Source: Bugula neritina (Eukaryota; Animalia; Bryozoa). Taken from it: 28,012 bases of DNA. Location of the stretch: contig CAXIUT010000296.1 in the NCBI GenBank assembly GCA_964035545.1, forward strand, positions 1 to 28,012, given 5' to 3'. Made by a program: the position numbers and the translations under genes. The notes below the pieces were generated by a model. It saw only the letters and a program-made list of their open reading frames with translations, searched no databases and was not told where the DNA came from. Below are positions 12,992 through 22,406 of the stretch, piece by piece (the stretch's first letter is position 1; every line of letters starts with the position of its first letter).

Positions 12992-13039
12992 TACAAAAAC
13001 ATTAATCATGAAAAAAATCCCTTAGGAAATATTTTACTC

Positions 13040-14066
13040 AATCTATCCAAACCAGCCTTCCGACTCCTTTTCTGTTTACTCGCAGAAAATACATTCTTTA
13101 TTTCCTTCGTACGCCAGTCCACCATCTACAATAACTGAGAAGAATGCGGTTCTACTCTAGGAAGAGGAGATAGCTCGTGTTTTATATCGACACAACTATC
13201 GCCCAAGAAATTAAGTGTCTACTTCTGTTTTACAATAGTACTCAAATCTCCTATCTTTTAGTTATTGTCAATTTGTCCTACTTCATTGCCCGGCACCTAG
13301 TTATTATCAACTATGGGTTATTTTATTTTTTAATAATATTTTTTTTGAAGACTGGGACTACTTCTTTGATTACTAATTTTCTAATTTTTTTATTTAGGAC
13401 TGTAGGCATGATAGTATCTTCCTGGATGTTGACTAGATTTGATGACTTCTTCAGTATTGGATCTAATTTTGACATCAGAATATCTATTATTTTTCCTAGC
13501 CAGATCAATAATCTTCTTAGGAGTAGGCTATTAAACAAACTACTGATATCTATATTGTTGTTTTTAGGTTGATAGTCTTTTATCGGCTGATGATTGTTTA
13601 TGTCTTTTGACCTAATTTCTTAATTAGTGAAGGTCAAGTAAATACGATGGTCCAATTGTATTCTTCTTAAGATTGACTGATTTAGATATAGCTTTCTGAG
13701 ATCCTTCTTTTTAATTGGTTTTGACTCGTTGTTTATTAGGATGATTTACTGGCGTTGGTTTCCGACTGAGGAGAGGATGTTATAACGGTAAGGATGACTT
13801 CTTTTTGGGTGATGTTTTTATATGGTCCAACTTTTCTTTCAGAGAATCGATGCAATCAATCAGCAAACGTTGGTCTGATGGTACTGTTTCGATTATTGCT
13901 TTTAGTTTAGATGTGATTGATTGGTGGGGAGGAGTATGTACCTCGGTTAATTCTAAATTAAAAGGGGAGTACTTTTTTATGAGCGGATGACTCTGTTTCG
14001 TTTGATGGAGTTATAGTTAAAAGTATGAAGTCTTTTGGCTGTGAATGGATTCTGTCTATTTTCCAT
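13040..14066 (-). CDS. Hypothetical low-complexity protein (3' end approximate)
   Basis: ATG at 14066, coding-like minus-strand composition, candidate intron near 13953-13972; exon structure not fully resolved. Confidence 0.45.
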
Positions 14067-14177
14067 GCTTATATTATCTCCTCAAAATCATACAAAACTA
14101 TCAGATTAGAGTGATTTTTAATCAAAGAATGTTAATGTTGAAAAGGCTGAAGTGATATTTATTCTTTGATAATAATA

Positions 14178-14921
14178 ATGAAGAAGAAGTAAAAAAAGCC
14201 TCAAAAGTAGGTGTACATGCAACGAATCAAATGCAATTGCATGGCACAAAAACACTAACTTATCAATAATTGTCTCAACTGTGGCAAAGTAGTCTGTGCT
14301 CAGTAAGGCGAAGGAAATTGTCTTTATTGTGGAAAACTAGTCACCAGACCATAAGGTCTCTTCCTCTAAGACACAGCAGCCATATTTCCATCTCTAACAC
14401 CAGAACAGCAATAAGCAGTCGTACAAGAACGATCAAAAGCAATTCAGCATAAAAATATTTTGGTTTAGAGAGATAAATCAACTTCAAATCAAAATATATT
14501 TGACTAACAAATGGACTACTATGAAATATCATAAAACAAATGGCTTGATGAGTCAGATCGACAACATGCGATTGATAAAATTTTGAGTAAAGGCGATTTA
14601 GTGGAAACTGAACAATTCAAAAATAATGCTAAATATGATCCGATGACTGGATAGTTTATTAGATAAGAATTTTCATTTGATGAAGAAGCCTTCAAAAAAT
14701 AAGGACAAAGCTATCTATAGAAAATATAAAAATAAAAGAAGATTTCTAAATAGCAAAAAGCTAAAGAGAGTAAACATAACTGGGATGAAAGATTGCTAAG
14801 AAGTGAAAAGCTAAGATAGCTTTGTGAAGATTTAGTTGGAGATTCTAGTGAACCAGTGAATAAGAAGGTATAAAAATAGACTAAAATACTTGGAGTTACA
14901 GAGTTGATTGTAGATTAGTGA
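14178..14921 (+). CDS. zf-C2HC5 protein (TRIP4/ASC-1/Rqt4-like), 247 aa
   Basis: CNCMAQKHELINNCLNCGKVVCAQEGEGNCLYCG plus IFDEQMDYY...KWL. Confidence 0.88.
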
Positions 14922-14949
14922 TTGTAGGATATATATAATTTTATAATAA

Positions 14950-16637
14950 ATGCTAAGTGCGACTGCTTAAGCTTATTTTGAGAGTGAATTTTAGCAAGAT
15001 CTAAAAGTAGTGGGATAAGATCTATTAAAAAAATACGATCCTGTGATCAAAGCATATCGAGATGTGATAATACCTTTTTAAAGAAATAGAATCAATTAGC
15101 ATCAGAGCATCATTTTTTAAAATTCTAATTTATAACAAAATAAATTGGAATTACTTGGTAAAGTATAGCAAGTAAGATCATAAAATTAGAAACTAGAAAG
15201 TGCACTTGAACATCAAATGCTTAAAATAAGTGAGTACTAACATAAAATATAATAAATGAATCAACTCAATACTGACAATCTCAGTATTATTGAATCACTT
15301 AGACTAAGAAACTAAGATTATAAATAAGCGATAGATCACAAAAACTCATCTATCATTCAATTATAAAAAGTAATTTTATATTTATCAAGGATAAACAAGT
15401 GCTGCTTTAAAAATATCAATAAAAAGATAAATAGTACAATTTAGTATTAGCTAATTGCATGAGAGATAAAAATCTTTTGGCAGAAAAATTAAATCAAATC
15501 AATTAAATGGAAATCACACTTCACTAAAAATAAAAATAACTCAAAGCTTAACAGTTTTATATCAAAAAACAATGGTAAGAATTGGATTAGAAAAAAAAGA
15601 CACCACAATAATAAATTAAAAAAGATAGTAAAGTAACTAAAAGTTAGTTCTTTCCTTCAGCAAATCGACAATCAGTCGATAATAACTCATACAATTAAGT
15701 ATAAAAACCTAAATAAAAAAACACAAATAACTAAATTCTACGAAATCCACTCCGTAAACTAGTAAAACATCATCAGAGTTAAATCTATGATCTCTCATTT
15801 AACTACAATGGCAATCTTCTAGCTAGTTGCGGAGGAGATAGATTCATAAGAGTATATGATATTCTTGGCATGAGAACTGCCTCCAATATTAACTCTAACT
15901 CTCCAGAAAGTGTGTTCATTAGTGTTGCTCTTGACTACAGTGGAGATCGACTCCTCTCAGGTTCAACAGATAAAACTTTAGGAATCTATCACAGTCAAAC
16001 AGGAAAACATTTACACTCGTTTTTAGGACATGGCAGTAAAGTCAACTCAGTATGTTGGACCAGCTCCAGGTAAAGATGCGCTAGTGGTTCTGATGATAAA
16101 CAAATGAAGGTATGGGATATTGAGAAAGCTTCTAATGTGTTTTCAGTTGGATGTCAAAAAGGAGTTAAAGTAGTTAGATCAAATAATGTATAACCACTGG
16201 TCTATACTGGTCATTCTGATGGTAGTGTTCGAGTCTACTCCACTTCCCAAGGAAACTCTCCAGTATCCCAAGTCAAAGGACTGATCGACTACTCCATCAC
16301 TTCTCTAACATTACTATCAAATCGACATCAAGTCCTAGCAACTAGTTTAGATGGTTCAATAATTCATCTTTTAGATTTTAAAATGAACAAATCAGTCTGT
16401 AAATACTAACATCGTGATTTTTTCAATTCTTCAGCCCATGGGACGATATCTCCCTCTTAAGGTTTAATTTTAGCAGGTAACTGTGAAGGTTCTATATATT
16501 ACTGGGATCGATTCAAAGGAGATATGGTCAAGAGAGTATCAGGGCATGATTCGGCATCAACATCTATTAGCTATCACTTCATGAGTAGTTTGCTGGCCAG
16601 TGGAGATAAAGAAGGAAGTTTGATTTTATGGCAGTGA
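14950..16637 (+). CDS. ATG16: ATG16-like coiled-coil + WD40 protein
   Basis: N-terminal coiled coil, then WD repeats colinear with ATG16L (LLASCGGDRFIRVYD, GHGSKV...SGSDDKQMKVWD, TGHSDGSVR, AGNCEGSIYYWD, terminal LILWQ); N-terminal introns not fully mapped. Confidence 0.75.
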
Positions 16638-16672
16638 TTAGGTGTTATAATAACCAATATATTTATTTAAAA

Positions 16673-17674
16673 ATGAAAAACATTCTTCTTGTTGTCTTGA
16701 TAGTAGTCATCAAAACTGATTTTCCAGCTTCTTTTACAATAGTCAGAAATATTCTGCAACCTCTTGGTCTTGATGGCTTTATGAAAAAAACAGGATGTTG
16801 CTAAACAGATAGTAAAGGAAATACAATCAGTTATACCCATATTTCTTTAGATGGCTTCAAATCAACTTCAACATCTACAACCATTCAAAACGGCATATCT
16901 CCACTCAGTTGCTGGATAAATGCATTTAGCGATATCTCTTCATCAAAACCTTAAAAAGGAGGTAACAGCGTATCTTCTGTACAAGAATATCTCATAAATA
17001 ATTATCATCAACATGGAGTCAAATTACTGATGAATGCCTTTGCTGATTAGGCACCAATAAGCGACTTAAAAACAGATGCAAAAGCTGTTGCTTTGAATAT
17101 CGCTAATATAATTAAATCTACCCAATTGGATGGAGTCAGTATATAATTTGAAGATTATCATGCTGTAGCAGATGGAACTGCCTCAAATTGGCTACAACTA
17201 CTACTCTCTACATTAAAAACATAAATTCCATCTTAAACAATTATTCTAATTATCCCAGTAACCATAGTTAGCAAAGTACTTCTTTTGCAACAAACAAATG
17301 TAAATGCATATGTAGATATATTTGTTCTAAAGTATTATGGATTTAATAGATAAGATTACACCAACTATAATTCTCTTTTCTAGAAGAGCACGATAATTCC
17401 TGATACATCTTTTGGATAACTGCTGAAAAGTAAAACTGTTGGAATCGATCTATGTAGAACTTTGATTTCCAAACCTAGTCGATCAAGTAGAGATAGCTTT
17501 ATTGATCAATAAACTTTGAATCAAGCCTTTGTAAATGCAAGAAATACCTTTGGATGGTTTGGTGGTTATGCTAATCTTGATTTTTAGGGAGATTCTGCTC
17601 TTGGATTTCAGAGGCAAGTTATGCGAGGATTAAGAGATTAATGTATGCTAAAAGGAGACTGTTTCTGTCAGTGA
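16673..17674 (+). CDS. Secreted GH18 chitinase-like protein (333 aa) with a degenerate catalytic motif
   Basis: Signal peptide MKNILLVVLIVVI; YHQHGVKLLMNAF; LDGVSIEFED at the DxxDxDxE position; WFGG near the C-terminus. Confidence 0.75.
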
Positions 17675-17727
17675 TTATTACTATGAATAATATTTTATAT
17701 TTCTTTACTAACACAAATAAACTATGA
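17643..17727 (+). repeat. ~80-bp direct repeat, copy 1 (others at ~20497-20577 and ~24337-24408)
   Basis: GTATGC..AAAGGAGACTGTTT(CTGTCAGTGATT)ATTACTAT...TTTACTAACAC.AATAAAC occurs three times; copy 1 is the GH18 stop codon plus 3' flank. Confidence 0.9.
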
Positions 17728-18570
17728 TTATAATAAACTGTCTTGAAAAATTATTTTTTCAAAAATAAAATAATATTGATTATTAATAATATGTCTAAGT
17801 CTTTCTAACCTTTTAAAAATAATCAGCTTTTCAATGTTTTAGTTATATGTTCTTTTTTATAATTTTTGACAATTATTTATTAGTATTCTTATTTTAATTC
17901 TTTAAGATTATCATCTTCTTTCTTGCCACGATAATCATCATTTTTGAACAACTTGATTGTTCACACTTCTTTAAACTTATATTGTATTAAAATTCATTTA
18001 ATGATTTTGTTTATTCTTTGATATTTAAATAAATATGCTAATCAGTAAATCTTATTTTCTTAATATCAATGTTTTATCACTTTTTCGACTATTTTTCGGC
18101 TCAGTTCATTCTAACTAACTCAACAAGACAATTATGCTTTGATAATATCGAAAAATTGATTTTTATTTTTTTATTAACACTTTTGAAACTTACAGGTCAA
18201 CTTGTATTCAGTCATAAATCATCCTTTCCCTGAGCTATGAACTTCTCCTGCTTTTCTCTAGTTTACTATTGCAATCCGGTATTATTTAATCACCTTATTA
18301 GCGATCATGCATGTTTGATGAGCCACCTGAAGAGATTCTATGATTAAAGGAAAATTCAATTTTTAAAGGAAGAACAAAGGTTAATTAGAGTTTTGGCTGA
18401 TTAATATACTTAGTGACTTATCAGGTAAAGAAGTAGCTTTCAAAAGGACTTCATCTCTTATAAATATTATTATAGAGAACAGAAATAGCATGAGAATCCA
18501 TAAACAAGAGTGAGTCAGTGGTTATAACTACATCTTTTTTATGGTAAGATCATCTTTCATTCTGAACTTA

Positions 18571-20331
18571 ATGTCAACCATCAAGCTAGCTATTCTTGTG
18601 CTCCTGTTGATTACTCTATCGATGGGCGGAATGTAGTATGATTTCTAGTCAGTGTGGTAAAGTGAATACTATCTAGAGTATAATTCAAGTTAAAAAGAAA
18701 CCAACCGTAACTCATTGATAAGTTAGAAGTATCTTTCTGGTAATCTAAGCATCAAAGTAATTTATTATTGAAAGAAAGTAAGGGTATTTTATTTATTTAT
18801 TTTAGCGTAAATAAATGATTTACAAAAAGGCGTATTTTATCTATTTATTCAGAGTATTAAATTCTTTAGAAATAGGAGTATTCTTTACATTAACCAAGAG
18901 TATTAAATCTTTTAAAAATAGGTGTATTTTTGCGACTTATTTAGGGTATAAATTTGTCAACTTAAGATGTAGTCTATCTATTAACTTTAGTGTACTAGAT
19001 AATTAAATGGAAGGTGTAATATTTACATTTATCTAAGCGTAGTCAATCATTATATTCTAGGAGTATTTTTCTATCGATTAAAGTGTATTAAATTATCGAG
19101 TAGCAGACGTACTATCTAGTATATTTTAGTGTATATTATTTTATTATCTCTAGTGGTACTTTTATATCTATATAGCGTATTAATTATGAGATTTAGTGGT
19201 ATTATTTATTTTGACATAGGGTGCCAATATTTAAGCTTAGATGTTTTCTTATAATCGATCTTAGCGTATAATGATAATTTAATATTAGAAGTTCTCTTTT
19301 GCCTATTGCAGGGTATTTAATACTATGACATAGTCGTACTTTTAAAATGATCAAAGAGTATCAAAATAAATCAATATTAGACGTGCTTTTATTTTAATGT
19401 TAGAGTATCAAACTATTAAGAAAAGTTGTAGTCAGTTTCTTTATTTAGTGTATTTTCTATCCAATAAAGATGTATCATTCTTTATATCTCAGTGTGGTAC
19501 TAAATGATAATATGGTAGATGTAATTTTGCTATTGATTTTAGGGTATCAAAAACTCAATTTAGGTGTACTGTCCTTTATATCTCAGTGCCGTATCAAATC
19601 GTTTAACTCTAGCTGTATAGTTGCTATTGATTTTAGAGTAATAAATAAATCAATACTAGGAGTTATTTTTCATTTACATAAGGGTATAAACTATTTTTAA
19701 AAAGAAGTAGTTATTTGTTTATATTAGTGTATTAATTAAAGATACTTTAGGCGTACTTTTATAATCATTGAAGTGTAATTAAATGTTTTACTTAGCGGTA
19801 ATGTTTATTTAACTAAGGGTACTTAATTTTTAAACCTAGAAGTTATTTTTGAATTAATTAAGAGTATAGAAATTTTCAATAAAAGGCGTACTTATTTAAT
19901 TATACGTAGGGTATTTAATTGTTTTAATAAAGCCGTAATATTTCTATTTATGTAGTGTATTGAATTTTTTATTCCTAGATGTTATCTTTTCTTTTTATTT
20001 AGCGTATAAATCATAAAATTAAGAAGTAACTTTATACTAATTAAAGTGTTTCAAGTATTTTAACTTAGACGTACTTTCCTAGCTATCTAAAGGGTACTTA
20101 GTTGTTTATCTAAGGAGTAACTTTTCATTAACATTAGTGTAAAAATTATTTAACTTTTAGTGGTACTTTTAAAATAATTGAAGCGTATCAAATAAATTAG
20201 TTGTAGTCGTACTCTTTAAGTGATTCAAGAGTATTAGATTATTAATTCTAGGAGTATTTTTTATACTAATCTAAGTGTACTAAAATAACTGATCTTTAGG
20301 CAGTGTATCATTGGTCGTGAAAAAGAACTGA
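18571..20331 (+). CDS. Micro-exon gene A: secreted Cys-rich prepro-peptide (67 aa) with ~73 tiny introns
   Basis: Removing every ~20-23-nt GT..AG segment gives MSTIKLAILVLLLITLSMGGIVKTNQHQIRRRSDCRYLLDQVNIYCDGCPRECSESAYQYGLLRCSN-TGA; exons alternate 1 nt and 2 nt over 18784-20299. Confidence 0.85.
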
Positions 20332-20577
20332 GTGTATTATCTCCAAAACAAAGACCTTAACGATCAATAGAGAGTAATACTACAATTATGAAGAGTTCGT
20401 TTGATTCTCACATAATTCTAACCTTACCTTATCATCTGAATGATTGTTTGTTTAAATATCATTTATTCATAGAGATTATTATAGCTAAAAAAATCAGTAT
20501 GCAGAAAGGAGACTGTTTCTGTCAGTGATTATTACTATTTTTACTATTTTATATTATTTACTAACACGAATAAACGA

Positions 20578-21207
20578 TCAGTAAATACTATGAGGACTGT
20601 GCATGATTTTCTTGAACTGTTCGTAAGTGATGCGAGATCCTTCTTCCTCATCGACCTTTTCGAACACATAGTCTAGATCTGACTGCTACCACTGCTCTCC
20701 TAAACTCCTTAACAAAACCTACAGATCTTTGCGACTAAGATATCCCTTATTGTCTCTGTCTAGTTTCCTGAACATCTTCTTTATTTCCCTTTAGCCTTCC
20801 AGTTCAGTTGGCTCTCCTGAAATAATCTTCATAAAAGCTGGAAAGTTAACTCCGCCAAGACAGTCCTCGTCATACTAAGCAATGATGCTGTAGATGGTTT
20901 CCTTAGTAGCGTGAAATCCCTGGTGGAAAAGTGCTACCTTCAAGTCGTTCGGAGTCAGAAGACCACTCTGATTAGAGTCGTAGGCATCAAAGGCTTCCTT
21001 AATAGAGACTATGTCTTCTTCGCTGAACTGAGAAGTGATGTAGAGAGTAGGATTGAACTAGGCTTGGTGCTTGATGGCTGAATACCCTGGACTGTGAGAT
21101 GACCTTTTGTGTCTACTTGTATCTTTGAGCCTACTGGTATCTTTGTGTCGAATCTAGTCTTCGAAGAGGTGTCTGATTGGTGTGCTTCTTTTTTACTTTG
21201 TAGTCAT
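20578..21207 (-). CDS. Centrin/calmodulin-like EF-hand protein, copy A (209 aa)
   Basis: IKEAFDAYDSNQSGLLTPNDL, IIAEYDEDCLGGVNFPAF, MFRKLDRDNKGYLSRKDL, VDEEEGSRITYEQF; intronless 630-nt ORF. Confidence 0.9.
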
Positions 21208-21271
21208 CGTTATCTGTAACTCTACTTATTGATTTTGAATATTACAGTTTGTTATTATCAAAAATAAATCA

Positions 21272-21408
21272 TCAAAAACTTACTTTTCTAAAGGACATTT
21301 CCTCAGATAAAATCAGTGTCTGAACCGGTTATTTCTAAAATATCCAAAAAGAAGCCTCCTCTGAACAGACTTGACTAGATTCTTCTCCATTGTAGTTGTT
21401 TTATTCAA
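21272..21408 (-). pseudogene. Orphan 3' fragment of the HSF-domain gene
   Basis: Near-identical to 25103-25239, the last ~45 codons of the HSF gene; no upstream part is present. Confidence 0.8.
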
Positions 21409-22406
21409 AATTTTAAACAAGAAAAAATATTAAATTATTTTATTATGAATAGATGCAGTTTAAGAGAAAATTATTTCCTTTTATTGCTCAAAATCTTTTA
21501 GAATCATTTTGTTTCTCTACTAAATCGTTTATATCAATAAACTTTCAAACACAATATAACTATAACAATATATTCTAAATACAAAATAATCTAAAACATC
21601 AGAATTTTTGCTATACCCAAGTCTTCTAACTATTCTAAACATCATCAACTTGTCAAAGGTTTAGTTGTTTACTCTGTTTTTATCTCTATTTTTATTTTAT
21701 TTACTGTCCTTTATTGTTATTTGACTATTCTTTATAACTATTTTTATTTTTTCAAAGCCTGATAATCATTATTTTTGGATAATTTGATTGTTTTAAGTAC
21801 TTTAAGCTAATATTTAATTCGAAATCATTAATTTTTTATTTATTCTTTGACATTTACTAAAAATACAAACGTCAATCAGTAAATCTTATTTTCTTTATGA
21901 GAAAAATAAATCACTTTTTCGACTATTTTTCAGCTCAGTCCATTCTAACTAACAAAACAAGGCACTTGTACTTTTAAAAACTATCCTACAATAGATTTTG
22001 ATATTTTTATTAACACTTTTGAAACTTACAGGTCAACTTGTATTCAGTCATAAATCATCCTTTCCCTGAGCTATGAACTTCTCCTGCTTTTCTCTAGTTT
22101 ACTATTGCAATCCGGTATTATTTAATCACCTTATTAATGATCATGCATGTTTGATGATTCAGCTGAAGAGGTTCTCTTATTAAAGGAAAATTCAATTTTT
22201 GAAAGAAGAACAAAGGTTAATTAGAGTTTTGGCTGATTAGTGTACTTAATGACTTATCAGGTAAAGAAGTAGCTTTCAAAAGGACTTCATCTCTTATAAA
22301 TATTATTATAGAGAACAGAAATAGCATGAGAATCCATAAACAAGAGTGAGTCAGTGGTTATAACTACATCTTTTTTATGGTAAGATCATCTTTCATTCTG
22401 AACTTA

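Larger units (their letters stand above)
17790..21408 (+). repeat. Tandem segmental duplication, unit A (micro-exon gene + EF-hand gene + HSF 3' fragment)
   Basis: Colinear with ~21620-25239 at an offset of about 3831 nt. Confidence 0.95.

Noticed and set aside
1260-14532. Most supplied ORFs (e.g. 1260-1484, 1274-1579, 4654-4869, 6218-6415, 7127-7321, 7674-7898, 10352-10540, 13177-13572, 14270-14452, 14341-14532)
   Set aside because: They were computed with TAA/TAG as stops and are antisense or off-frame shadows of the real genes.
18633-18760. Unspliced acidic pro-region (MEYDFESVWESEYY...)
   Set aside because: Open only until a TGA near 18770, and a 1-nt indel between paralogs shifts it; the fully spliced path keeps phase in both copies. 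A retained-intron isoform cannot be excluded.
18784-20299. The periodic array as a CRISPR array or minisatellite
   Set aside because: The only constant is AG-N(1-2)-GT; there is no 23-47-nt conserved repeat, no cas genes, and the context is eukaryotic.
18784-20299. The array as a repeat protein (e.g. LRR) on either strand without splicing, including track ORFs 18815-19006, 19470-19700 and 23371-23553
   Set aside because: Unit lengths vary by non-multiples of 3, the paralogs differ by frameshifting indels, and TGA codons interrupt the frames.
18784-20299. The spacers as IESs or scrambled-gene segments removed at DNA level
   Set aside because: The molecule is already telomere-capped somatic DNA; the boundaries are strand-specific GT..AG rather than TA or pointer repeats, and sizes match the introns of neighbouring genes.
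18806-20320. Alternative NN|N reading of the joined exons (AEVIVDTCWIKSTF...)
   Set aside because: Open in gene A but hits TGA in gene B, and it is out of phase with the spliced signal-peptide exon.
20329-20331. TGA read as a sixth Cys or Sec
   Set aside because: The downstream frame is not conserved between paralogs and TGA is the stop in all other genes here.
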